NCBI GenBank assembly: GCA_008632985.1
Contig: QPGO01000230.1
Location: 62,001 to 106,086 of the forward strand
Length of the DNA: 44,086 nucleotides
Origin: Psammoneis japonica
Taxonomy: Eukaryota
Reading direction: 5' to 3'
In this document: positions 1 through 13,099 of the stretch, one piece after another
How positions within the stretch are numbered: position 1 is the stretch's first letter
Layout: every line of letters begins with the position of its first letter
The notes under the pieces: generated by a model
The model's database searches: none
What the model saw: the letters and a program-made list of their open reading frames with translations, nothing else
Told to the model about the DNA's origin: nothing
Made by a program: the position numbers and the translations under genes

Positions 1-2932
1 TCGTTTTGTGTGGCTCTTTAAAACTCGAACGTCGCGGTTTTGGCACCTCTCTGATTAGATTCGTCACACGTCCTCAGAAACCTACAAAAACTTGTAACTT
101 CTCTTCACAAACAAGTCGAGGGGAGTGCAATTAAGGCAATCGCAGAATGAAGGGGCAAAGGCACGACAATTTGATTTTTCAGGATTTTCGGCAATCGTCC
201 AGCTGTGCAGGCAGCTCTTTACAAACTGTGCAGGAAATGTGCCAGGGTTTGTGCAGAATTTGACGACGACACAATTCCATTTTGACAGCGACAAGTAGAA
301 ACCCACATGGTTTTCCAGCGCAAATTTGACAGTGACGCCACAGACGGAATCACTGTCAATGTGCCAATCACCGCATTGTTGTGGGTTTTCGATCACAGGG
401 AATTCCTCATTTGGCGCTGAATTTCCTAGACAAGGAAATGTGAGAAAATGAGAAAAGGAAAAAACAATTAGTGATTCAATGCGTGGTTGCAACCGTCATG
501 AACCATTCATCTAGAAGTTGATTTGCACAGAGCCTTTGGCTGCCAAAACACCTCTTTTTGTGCAATGCACTCAATGAGTGAGGCAGACACCATTGGGAGG
601 CACTTTCTCAAGGACAAAAAGATGTGCTTCCATGGTCTCTTCAAGTGCAATCTGCTCTGAGCAAGCCCACAAAAGCTCAAATTGGTGTGGCAAATCTGGC
701 GCACATCGTGCAACAAAACAAAAGAGGAAAGCCTCTTTGTTTTCTTCATTTAACAAGCCAATGAGGGGGAAATCAAGATGTGAGCATGAGCGGGGTTTTG
801 GGTCATGGGGGGCTCCTCTCTCAGCAGCCCCCAAATTTCCTCAGATGAAAGGAAAATTTCCTGCACTTGTTTGGTGCCAGTTGTGACCAACACAGTCCTT
901 TCATCTTGCAGCCAATGTTGTGGTCCACTCATCTCTGTTGGATGGCCAGCACAGAGCACAGCTGCTGCAGCACTTCAAGCAGCCCGCCACCATGGAGAGC
1001 TTGGCGGCGGCTGCTTGTCTCTTGTGCCGCAGATGGCTCCTTTCCTTTTGCAATCATTTTTTCATGCAGAGCTGGCAGAAATGCCATTTGACTGCAGTGG
1101 CACAGCTGCATGATGTGGCCCAATGCCAACATCATGAGAGGAGGCCAGCACCCACTGTGCTGGCGGTGGCTGGCTGGCTGGGCTGTGCCTTGCAGCCGGT
1201 CTTGCCAGCACAGCACCACAAACAAGCACATTTCCTTTGACACCAAACCACAGGAAAATGCACTCTTGATTGCTTGTCTCTTGTGTTGCAGCAGGCAGAT
1301 CCTTTCCTTTTGCAACCATTTTTCACAGAGAGCTGGCTGCTGGATTGCCAAACAACCTTGTCGCTGCTGCTCACAGGCACAGTGTGACAGCAGAACCTGA
1401 CACCTGATTGCTGAAAGTCAGCCTTCAATCTGTCAAGTGCAAACTTAAATTGAAGTGCACAAGCTGTGAGAGCTGAGAGCCTGAGTCTTGTGGCAAAACC
1501 TCACAAAGGGCCTTTGCATTTGCCCTTCTTGCTTGGGTTTTTTCCTGCTGTGCCTCTCTTTTTGCTGGCACACTTGCCAAAGAGAAACAGCACAGCATGC
1601 TGATCATCAGCACTTTTGGCAGGAAAGGTTTGGCAGCAAAAACAGAACATTGGTTGTTGCTGTGCAAGTTGTGAAAATGTGCAGTCTGGGCAGCGGGGCA
1701 CAGCTGCAGGAAGGAGCTTTTGTTGCTCATTTTTGGGTTTTCTCTCATGTCTCTTGCAATTGACACACTTGTCACAGCAAAATGTGGATGTCATGCATTG
1801 ACATTTTTGGCAGGAAAAGGTTTGGTGGCAAGATCAAACATCGGTCATTGCCGCATCATGGTTGGTTTGTTTTTGTCGCAGCAGCATGAATGTCGTAAAA
1901 CGTCTGTCCATCGTACGTGCGAGTTGAACGTACGTATGGCGTTTTCTCCTCCCCTCCTCCTTTTCCTCTCTTTTTTTTTCATAAACTCGGAGCTGCCTAC
2001 GTGACCGGACACATGCCGGATTTTCTACTGTGCGAGAAACGCGCAGCGCGCTACGCGCCTCGTCGCCAACAATCGGCGACGTGACGGTGGTGCGTTGTCG
2101 CAACGACAGCGATGACAGCGACGTGTCCCAGAGTCTTTTGTCATTATGGACATTTAGTTTATTATGTTTAAGAGCGCATTCAGTCATGAAAGTCCCCGCG
2201 AGCAACCTCCATTAGAGCGCAAAACGTCACACCAATGAGGAGCTCTGTTTTTCGACCATCGTTTTATGCACTGGATTGTCGAACCATTGTGAGTTCATCC
2301 GGGGGACTTTCTTTACATGTGTGTGTTCTGGACAGTGTAATTGATTAATGCATTGAGTGCCTGTCGCAAAGTCGTCCTCTATCAGCGTCTGAAAATTGTC
2401 ATCGTCATCGTCGGCGTCGACGGCAATTTGTCGTGCAAATCGCAAAAAATGCACGACTGTCGTCTGTCTGACATTGCGCTACTGTGCGCTCGTTGAGCGC
2501 ATGCCTCAAGTAGTTTAAACACTTTGTTGTGTGAAATGTCCAAGTTTCCATCGTCTGGGAGAGGGATCAAGTTGGCGAGCCGACTTTGGCGATTTGTGTA
2601 GAAAACATGCCAAGCTCTACGTGTGTAGAATCTGACCCACTTTTGCACCCGTGCCACCTTGAAAGATTCGCAACACAGTGGATGATTTTCGGCGAAAACA
2701 TTGCCGTTATTTGGATGTCACCTGAACACCGAATCGAAAAATTTGCGACAAAAAATCCGCGTGCGCACGCATTTATTTCTGGTGCACCTGCAACACTGCG
2801 AGCTGATGTGCCGATGTGCCTCACACGTCAATCACGCCCCCGTTGTCTTCCGAGGCAATGCTCACTGCATCATGCCCCATTTGGCATCACGTTCATTGAG
2901 CGAAGCTTCACATGGTGCTTTTGTAATTGGAA

Positions 2933-3782
2933 AATGGGCAGATGTTGCTGTCGTCAAAGTGGTCGACTCTCAAGATTAAAAGGTGTTTCTGTTGCTGATG
3001 ACTTGACAGATGACATGAAAAATGCTGCAGATGCATTGCTTCCAATGCTTGAAATGAGATTGGAATGGCACATTGCCAAGCGGGTGGCAAACAAGAAACA
3101 GAACCATCCGACTCTTGTTTTCACACATGACAACCTTCCTTGCATGTCGGCAGCACTGTCTCTTGTTGGGCATGCCACAGACGATTTGGACTGCATGGAC
3201 GTTGATTCTTGTTTGCTCAAGACACTTGTTGCAGATGTTTTCAAAATGATGACGGCACCCTTGAATGAACTCGAGGGTTGCCACTTGTGCTGTGACAAAA
3301 ACAAAGGTCGGTGGATTCGGAGCGGCAAAGTTTCTGGGAGTGGGGAGCCTTGCTTTAGAACCCGTGGCAAGCAGCATTGGGAGAACTCCAGAAAGATAGA
3401 TCAAATGAGAAACTCAAAGTTCTGTCGTGCGCACCCAAGCAAGAGCACGTCTCAAGCACTCAGTCGGCGCGACGGATGCCATGAAAACCTTCAGATGCAC
3501 TGTGCCTTGGCATTTGACAGGAAAGATGATGCATCAACTTTGTTTGACTGCTTTCATTGGAGTGATGAGACAATGGAATTTCTCCGTGGACGCAAGGGTG
3601 ATGCGCTTGATGACTTGCGGCTCGACATGTTGGCGCATCTTTGGGAGCTGAGCTACGATCTCATGATCGGGCATGACGACAATGTTTCAGAAAGCCCAGG
3701 GTGTGAAGCCTTTGGACTTGGGGACAACCACAGAAAATTAAAGAAGGATTGGCACGACAAGACACAAAAGCACATGGATTGA
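2933..3782 (+). pseudogene. Hypermutated ORF of unknown function, probably a repeat-associated protein family
   Basis: Long open frame within ORF 2586..3782. It reads naturally once C/H are restored to Y: EGCHLCCDKNKGRWIRSGKV, KFCRAHPS, GCHENLQMHCALAFD, LAHLWELSYDLMIG..DNVSESPG. Only one Tyr in 398 aa. Confidence 0.5.
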
Positions 3783-5049
3783 AACAGTGTCTAGCTAGAG
3801 ACTTGCTGCTGATGGAAAGGAACAGTGCAGTCAACACTGTCATTTCTTCTGGCAGTGAGAGCTCAAGCGTGATTTTGTCGTAACAAAATTTGAGCCATTT
3901 TGGCACTTGTTAAATTTGCGACAAAAAGGCTGTCGCAATTTTTGCGCCAAAGAAATGTCAGCATAAATCTGCAGACGTACAATCAGCATTGAGTCTGCTG
4001 AGGAAGTTTGTGATGCATGTCCCATGAGGACTTGAACACCCCTCAAAAAACTGTTTAAATGTTCACACTCTACAAGCCCACAAAAGTCAATCCGTCCAAG
4101 CATTTTGTGTGAAAATGCTGCATGCACTAAAAGACACACAAATTACACTCAAAATCGATTGTCGTTTTGTGCGTCACCTGGGGCTGGAACACGTCACACC
4201 TTGCACACATCTGAGTTCTTTCCACAAAGTTTCAACTTGCCAGTGGCTGGGTTTGGCTCTGCATGCTTGACAGGCCACACACTTTGCTGTTGTTGGTCAC
4301 CATTCTTGGAGTTGTCATGATTCATGATGCTTGCAGTTGTTGCCTGGGACTCCATCAGTTTTCTGAAACAAGAGAAGTCGTTCATGATCTTGCTGCACAA
4401 TGCACTGCCAAGCTTGGCACTGCAATTGGGGTGAGAGGGATCAGTGAATGGGTGCACACCATCAGGGATGATTGACGCCATTTCCTCCAACTTTCCTGCA
4501 TTGTTGGAAGCTTCAATTGTGGCACCAATGAAAACAGGATTGGGCTGATGGTTGCTTGACTTAGACTTGGCCAACCACATGGCTTCATCAGAGATCTGCA
4601 GAAAAGGCCTTGAGTCACAAGTCATCAAACCCCACCATCTCATGGCACGCGCATGCCCGCCTGCATTGGTGGACCCCCCTCCTGATTGAAATCGACACTC
4701 ACTTGTTGGAAAGGCCACATTTTTGTTCATTTTGAATGTGGCGATCAGCACATCTCGCATTTGTTGCCCCAGAACCCATTTTGTTTAGTTCGCATTCATT
4801 GACTTGAATGCCAACATGCCAAGTCACATGGCTGCATCATTCCCTCAACTGAGGATGATTGCATTTTGTTCCAACTGAAAAACATTCATTTTCATGTTGC
4901 ACTTGGCGCTTTCGTTGAAAGTTCTACATTTCTGTCCTCATCATGGATTTCGATCATTCCGCAAAATTTTCCTCCCTTTTCTGCTTCCCCTCCCAAACCC
5001 CCTCCCCGCCGGCAAATCACAATCTTTCATTTGCACCACTCACCGGAGT

Positions 5050-7975
5050 GATTGTGTTTGGGGCATTTGTCCCTTCCACCTGTGATCCACGGATCCAATC
5101 TCCTGTGTTTTTGGCGAATCAGCACAGAACTGCAAAAGCAGCATGACAAGAAGTCCGTGGGTTTCTGCATCCTCTGTTCATGCCACGATCACCCATGGCG
5201 GTTTGCCTCTCCCACCATTGTGATCATGCCCCGGCTCAAAGTCATGCCCGAGCCAAAGCCACGATTCTCTTCTTGCTCTGAATCATTCGGGGACAACACA
5301 GAATGGGAAACTCACCCATCTCACCACTTTGTCACGTCTCCAGACCACAACGGGTTGCTCAATGACATTTTTCACCCTCCAACGTGGTGGCAAGCCTCTC
5401 TGATGATGTCAATCTTAGCTCTGACAACAACTCCAGTGGCAACGACTTGTCTGCTCCATGCAATGATCATGCCAGGTTGCTGTCTGCATCCAGAGACCTT
5501 GACGGACGGTCATGCTGGTGATCTTTCTTTTCCCAGCAAATTCTTTAGACACGGAAGTGATGTTTCTGTTCTTGATGGCCATGCTGGAGTGTGCACAAAT
5601 GGTGTTGACGGTGCCTGCACAACAAAGTCCCAATTTAAAAAATCATTGAGATGCAGCACAGCCATCAGCAGTTCATCAAGACTCACAAATGAGCTCCCTC
5701 CACTGATCTCATCTCCATGATGCCAACAACCCCAAGTTTGAGATTGCTTTCACACCTGAGCACCGACTTGACTCAAAACAACTTCAATGGGCCCTTGTGG
5801 AGCATGACACATTTGACATGCCAGAAGAGGACAAGGAACATGTCCCTGAGCTTGCTTTGGCTGATGTGTGATCAATTGCTGTGTTGCGGTTTCCCGACAT
5901 TGATTTCTTGGCTGTTGATGACATGGATGCTCCACTTGCACCGTCAATTGACCATGATGCAGGCATTTTCAATCTTTTTGCTGTTTCTTCTCATGCTGTC
6001 ACCCCCAAAGAACAGGCTTTAGATGGGTGCACTTGTCGTCATCTTCAAAAGCTCCCACTTGGCCCCTTTGGCGCAAAGGCGAATTCAAACAGCTTGATCA
6101 TTTCAATGCACTCAGCATGTTTGACACACAGATGTCTCACCCCAAGGATGCCATTTTGTCCTTTGCCCCCATTGGCAACACAACATCAAGATGGATGGCC
6201 CGCACCAGTCTTGTCACTGCTGTGATGGATCTCCTCAAGCAGCTCCTGCATTGCACTGTTTGCAGTCCACTCATTCATCTTGTGTGGAGCAACCCATTCA
6301 ATGCCTTTTTTTGCTCTGTCAGCTGCCATGGATTGTTGGGCATGTTCTGGTGATGCTCAGGATGCACGAGCTCACTCCGCACCTCCATCTGCACTGGCAT
6401 TTGTTCAGATTGATGACGCACGTGCTGAGTGGCACTTGGACCAGTTTGGCATTGACTTGGATCACTCCATGGTCTTGCCCATCTTACATGCCTTGCAGGG
6501 GCATCCTAAATCCAGCATTTTCTGGGAGAATCACATCAGTTCCATCTTGATGAGTCCCAAGCTGCTGTTTTGGAACACCGCTCATGACAAGTGCATTTGC
6601 TCTGGGACATGTGATGGTGAACAGATCCTTCGTTTGCGCCAAGTTGATGATTTTGCATTGCATGCCCTGTGGAATCCCATGCTGTCAAGACTTTCAATGC
6701 TGCTGGTGAATTGCTGCAACCACCCAGTGAGGGTTTGGTCCCCTTCAAGTGTTTGGGTCTTTGTGCAGAATTCAATGGTGTGGACACACATCAATGCAAT
6801 GATTCAGTCTTGACCGCTTGCCATGCTGCAAATGAATCTGAGTCAGATTTTGTGGTTGCTCCTGCTCCTGTTGACTCCACTTCCCAATTGCATTTGGAAA
6901 CCGGTCCTGAGGAAGGTGCACCTGAGTGTCACAAATTGGTGGAAGCTCAGGGTTTTGGACACCAAAACCTCCTTGGGGAACTGTTGCACAATTGTGTCAT
7001 TTGTCATCTTGACATTGGCCATGCTGTCACCACCCTTTCCAAGTTTGCATCACACTCAGCACCTGTTCACTGCCAAGCATTGAAAGGTGTTGCCAAGCAT
7101 CTCTGTTGCGCATGAAGTGTTGAGATGTCAACTGTTGCAAGCCATCCAGAGTTGACACCTCACTGCCACACCCTTTTGAATGACTTGTCTCTGATGCTTC
7201 ATTGCCCCCTTTTCTGACTCTGGATTCTCTGCCACAATTGCAGCTTCTTTGGATGCAGCTGATGGGAATGACCTTTGCAACTGCCGGCTGACTGCTGGGT
7301 GTGCTTGTGTGTTGGTTGGTGCTGCCACTGTGCATCAATGCAAGACACAGACAGTGACTGCCACCAGCTCAACAGAGGGGGGATTCTGTGCTGCCGGCAC
7401 CACTGCAAAGTTGGTTCTGTGTCTCTGTTTGGTTCTTCAACATGGCTTGGGTTCTCTCAAGACTTGCCAACCTCATTGCATGTTGACAATGAATCAACCA
7501 TCAAGATCATCAGCAATCTCATCCCGACCAAGCGCTCTTGCCACATTGACACCCAGTGGTTTGCTCTCCAGGACTGGAAGGAGGCTGGTCACATTGTCAC
7601 ACAACACATCCCTGGCATTGTCAACCCCAGCAATGACCTCACCAAGGCTCACGGGTCAACACTCCATGCCCACCATGCCCGTTGGATGATGGGACACTTC
7701 CGCCAATTTGTTGTTGCTGGCATCTGTTGAATTGCCCGATGTCGTTTTGTGATGTCTGACTCCTTTCCAGAGTCATCTGGTTTCTTCTGCACTTTTTGTG
7801 CATGAGACTGTCTTCCCTTTCTTTGTGTTGTGATCTGCATTGTCCAGTTTCTTGACATGTTGGATCAGGGGAGGGTGTCAGCCCACTCTGTGCAGGACAC
7901 ATGGCCAGACTGTGTGTGGATGACAGTCAGACTCTTTTGAGACAGATGAGATGATCTCTCTGAGATCTTCTCTCA
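5050..7975 (+). mobile_element. Decayed Ty1/Copia LTR retrotransposon (RT, RNase H, polypurine tract, start of 3' LTR)
   Basis: RT motifs SCVEQPIQ, DAQDARAHS, LHALQGHPKS and LRQVDDFAL (about 6270-6660). RNase H C-terminus DNESTIKII..TKRSCHIDTQWFALQDW..HIPGIVNPSNDLTK (7480-7700). Many frameshifts. Outer boundaries approximate. Confidence 0.9.
7867..7880 (+). other. Polypurine tract followed by the TG start of the 3' LTR
   Basis: AGGGGAGGG (7867-7875) is immediately followed by TGTCA, about 150 bp after the RNase H end, which is the usual Copia arrangement. Confidence 0.65.
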
Positions 7976-9235
7976 CTCTTTCTTGCTGGTGCACATGTCA
8001 TCCACTGTCGCCATTTTGCAGGGAGCTCCTTGGCTTGTTGCTCTTGCCCCCCAGCACTCTGACAGTTTTTGTCTTTTGCCAAAGCACCAGCTCCTTGGCC
8101 GTTGTTGTCAATCACTGTTGTGTTGTTGCAATGGACAAACATCTTGGGATCACACAAACAAAAGGCAGGAGCCACACCCAGATCTTCACAAATCTGTTTT
8201 AACTTGCTCATCAAAAAACCAATCAGACACTGGCCATGGCCACACTTGCTCTTGTGCAACAAATGAGCTTGTCACTTTGCCTGTGGCCAATGGCAAATCT
8301 TGGAGACATGCTTGAGGATGTGGTCGATGCCGAGTTTGCCAGGGTTGACTGAGTTTGCCATGGTCAATCAAAGCAGATTTCTCTCTTCTTTGGCAAGTTC
8401 AAGCCATTTTTTGTTGAGCTTCTCAACAAAAAAAAAACATGGTTGAAAACGGACTTTTCTCACATTTGGAAGCAGGCAAGGAATGGCACAAGCATGTGAA
8501 ATCTTCTTTGGTGCAAATGGGAGAGGGAAGATGGCTGGACAGATTTGGCAAAATCACCTGATTTTGGCAAATTGAGAATCCCAGCATCTGGGTTGCTTTG
8601 GGCAGGTTGAACAGCCACAGCCTCCTGGTCACTTGAGGTTCGTGCATCATTGCCACATGTTGCACGTGCAAAGCTGCACATTGTCAGGGTGCATGATGTG
8701 GCATTTGAAGTTGAATCCCACACAACACTCAGAACAACAAAGAACACCACAACTTTCACCATGGGACTTGATTGTTTGTAGATTGATGGCCACAATGCCA
8801 ACCAAGATGAGAGTTTTGTTGTTTGTTTCAATCACTGTTGAATGTCATGCCATGCTTGGACATGCCAACAAGCAGCGTGTTTGCTGACTTCTGCGTGAGG
8901 GCTCTCACAATCACTGTGCAAACAAGTCTGCAATCACTGTGTTTGTTTCTGCTGCAGATGCAGTCATTGGCATCTGAGAAACACATGCATGTGAACAGCA
9001 TCAGATGATGCAGAAAATTGCACCTTGATTTCCAAGGTCAACAGTGCACCATGCATGACACAGCAAGGAGCAGTGGAGTGCACTCTTTTTTCCAAAAAGC
9101 AAAGATGAGCTAATTTGTGTGGCAAGTGCAGTTTTTTGCCTGCGACTCTCCCATTTGGGTCTTTGCAGTTTTCTCCACAGATGGTGCCATGCATCCATCT
9201 CTTCTTGTTTGGAATGTTTTTTGCTTCCTCATGCT

Positions 9236-11433
9236 GGGAGTTGCATGAAATGTCGAAATTTTCGTTTTTCCCTGTTTTTCGTGGTTTTTCGTGTTTTTTC
9301 GTGACGATAATTCATTTTACACATCCCCTAAAACGTTGCATTTTGGGCTATGCGAACACCAGACACCAGATAGAAGATGGGGTCGAACGGCGAACGCGGC
9401 GATGGTTCGTTGATGCGAAGCGAAAGTCAGTGCCGTCCACCGTCACCGTGCATGCCATTGTCATCCATAAACCTGTGTTGCCAGTCAATCTAAGATGATA
9501 AGATGGTGAAGCTAATGCCAGTACGTTGATTTTCAAAAAGAGATTGGAATGATGGTACGCAACAAGTCCAGATTTACAATTAACTCTATTCCGACACAAA
9601 ACCATTTTCTTATCGTGTCTTCGTGTGCTCCACCACAGATTCCCGGCAAAATGGTTTCAGAACAATGCAGATTCAGAAAACAAGGGCACACAACAAGTGA
9701 GTGGGCAGGAACCCATGAGAAAGGTTGCCTTCATCTTGAAGAAGGCCCCACAACTCGCACACTACTGTATGTCCTGCAAAGTGCTCAAGTGTGACGCGAA
9801 CCCATTGGTTCCAAATCCATTCCGATCTTGTCTGCCTCTGAATGACTGTCCTTGCAAGACAATCTACTGTGGCTCTGGGCAGGCGCATTTGTATGGTGAG
9901 TAGTACAGTCGTGTGTTGCGCATTTGATATTTTACACTATGCTAAAATGATTGATACCGCGCTATTGCCATACAGCAGTGTTTTTGTTGCCGTAGGTGGA
10001 TTGATGGTTCCATGTATTATCGGGCAGGGTTCTCATTCGTTTCCAACGTCTAAAAACAATGTTTTGATGTTAGGCCTTTTAGAGAGATTCCCTTCGGGAA
10101 CGCTTTTGGTGCGGTTTCGGAACGCTTTTGGTACGGTCCCGGAACGGTGGAAACACGGGAATGACGAAATGCCTATTTCGTCGAATGGTATTTCCGTGTT
10201 GGAGCTATTGGCGGTTGTTATAGATATGGTTTATTGTCAAACAATGCTAGTAGTTACAACACACCCTTATAGTTCAACTTATAGCCACTGTAACTCAAAA
10301 TTATTGAGACTTCTACCAGCCGTTCTTTTTCTTAGAGAAAATAGAAACCTGTTTTGACGGGTGTACCTTTTTGCAATAAATCCATATAATCTGTTAAACT
10401 TTTACACTATTGTGCCATACTCAAATAGTTCTAACAATAGTGCACTAATTACAATGCATCATATGTCTCATTGGCGAATTGACCGGCTCCAAAGTTTGAT
10501 TTCCGCGCGAATTAGTGCATATGAGAACGTTCTCGGAACGCTTTTGGAACGCTTTTGGAACGGTATGCAAGGGAATCTTGAACGACAATAATCCAAAATA
10601 GTCTCTAGCCCCAGTCCCCCCCAAGAGGCCTTTTTTGGTTTTGGCGGTTGGAGCTATTTGGCGGGTTTGAATTTGAAATTGTACTATCGCACGAAGCGAT
10701 GAGGTTGAGACAGTCGTGACTGGTTCAAATCGGAGTTCGGGATCGAGAAGGGAACTCAACGGCGTCTCTTGCAGTCGTACGGTGCCATGCGTATCATCAT
10801 GCGTGCAGAAACGCCGTGACCGACAACGTGATGTGCTCATGGCAACTACTTATGATGTATATGTGGATATACAAATTTGGATACAGTAGAAAATGAGCGC
10901 ACAGGCAGGCACCGATAGAAGGTGTCGTCATCATCGATCATCGCACCGTTTTGTCGTTCATTTCAGTGCTTGATGTCACCATGCCAACCCAATTGAGTGA
11001 GTGCAGGTTGTCATTTTTCACGCACTGTGCAACATCATTTAAACATTCTCATTCCATCCAGTGGGTTGTCTTCTCAACGAGAAATTTTGGCGGGGTCTGG
11101 TGAAGACACAACCACCTGCATTTCTGGGGGCATTTTGTCTCAGCACTGGTTGGGAAAAAAGGCAATTGTTGAGAAACCTTCCATGGAATTTCGACATTTT
11201 GTCAAATCAAACAGAGCCCCAAAAACACAGGATTTGTCCTGCAGCCAAATGCAACATTGTGTGTCTGTGGCATGTCCCCTGGCAAAAAGTGCGAGCAGCG
11301 TTTTGGTGGCAAGTGCACAAACTTTCGCAGCATCGTGCAGACTGTGGCGGCACTCACGTGCAGGCAGGTCTCTCTGACATTCTGTGCATTTTTGCAGGGA
11401 AAAACGAAAATTTTGACATTTCATGCAACTCCC
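9236..11433. mobile_element. Segment bounded by a 39-bp inverted repeat; candidate non-autonomous TIR DNA transposon
   Basis: 9236-9274 (GGGAGTTGCATGAAATGTCGAAATTTTCGTTTTTCCCTG) and 11395-11433 are reverse complements at 38/39; the mismatch is CpG vs TpG. No target-site duplication or transposase recognised. Confidence 0.5.
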
Positions 11434-13099
11434 TGGCAACTGTCAAAATCACAACACCTTGTTCTTTTTCACCCCATGGTGTCAATGCAGCTTTTGGCTG
11501 CATGATTTGGCACAAGATGCACTTCATCGCAGGACAGTGCATGGAATCCAACAGTGTGATGGAGGGGAGCTCCAAACCAATGGCAACCAGATCTGGAATC
11601 ATCAAGCTTGTTCCAAATCTGTGCTCAAACAGATCAGAGTGAGCAGCTGTCCTTCCTTGCATCTGTGCATTGTCTGCACAGAAACTGATTTTGCCACCAG
11701 TGGGCACTCCAGCTGGCAAACCACCTGAGATGCAAACAGCAGCAGGGGGAAGCACCAACATCAGCAGTGCTGCTGTTCTCATCAACACTGGCAGCATCAC
11801 CATCAGGGAAAAGGTGGCAAGCAGGGGAAGCACCAACATGAATGGTGCCACCACTCTCACCAACACCAGCATCGTGACAAGGGAAAAGGCAGCAATCATC
11901 CATGGCAGCAATGTTGTCAGCAGAAACCACTGGATGGGACATGCAGGGGAGGCAAGGTGCCTGCCAACCCTGTCCATGCTTGGCTGGTGATGACAACTCA
12001 CTCAGCAACGCTGATGGTGAAATTTCAAAAGCCAAAGTGGCTGCACAAGCAAGGAAACACCGCCCTTTCTTGACCTTGTTGAGCAACACTGAGACAAAGA
12101 GAACATGCACCCAGAGGACAAAGTCACTGTGCATGACTTGACACACACCCCTTGTGATGGCATTTTTGATTCCTGCCACAACTGCCGCTGCAACAGTGCT
12201 TGGCATCAGCACATCTTGCCAATGATGCTTCACTTCCATGCCACCTGGAGGGGGGGAAACAATGCAGAGGTGAGGGAAAAGGATGCACCACATGTCACAA
12301 TGCAGGTGTGCATTGCTGGGGTGTTGGTGCAGGCACTCACCATGTGCCAGTCTTTTGCCATGGTGGTTGCTGCTTTTTGTTGTTGTGATGGCCGGTCATG
12401 TGTGGGAGGTGACTGCACCATTGGTCTGCAAAAATTTCAAGGAGGCAAATGTGCACACAGATCCAACAGACATTTTGTTGATCACTTGATGCAGGTGGCA
12501 TGTGTGTGATGTGCAGTTGTTGCCTGCTGCCCAGGTCATGATGGAAAATGACTGATTCCAGACATTTCAATGGCTTGTGCCCAGTTGAAGATCATGAGCA
12601 CACATGCAAATGAACAACACATCAAATCATTTGTGACCATTTCTTTCAAAATGACTTCTTGATGTCTGAACAGTGTCTCTGGACAGTTTTGCTTGTTCCC
12701 ACTCTGGAGCCAATCCAGAAGCATTTGACCCCAGATTGTCCCAATGTCCAGGCCCTGGAGCTGCTCAACTCCAGATCATTGTCTGGGCATTTGGCACGGG
12801 AGGATCACATGGGTCTGTCCCTTTGCAGACACCAAGGAGCCACAATTTGGTTGGGCTCCACCCATTGAGACTGAGTGTTGACCATCTGTTCTTTGACTCT
12901 GTTGACACCAAGCTGGCAAGACAACCAAACCCTGCCATTGCACTGGTTGCAGCACCAAAAAAAAAACAGACACAGTTTTTAAAGTGCTGCCACTCCTTTG
13001 CCAGCCATGCCAACACCGGCTGGCCCACACTTCCAGCACACAGTCAAGCACAGCAGAAGAGGACAATGACCAGCCAAGGTGGACATCACTGGAAGGTGA

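Noticed and set aside
7980..9230. Assigning a family to the decayed coding-like stretches here and at 11450-12950, 18860-19750 and 39750-42300
   Set aside because: They are too degraded and I recognised no diagnostic motif.
12957..12966. Poly(A) tail of the LINE
   Set aside because: The LINE is on the minus strand, so its tail would appear as poly(T) on the plus strand.
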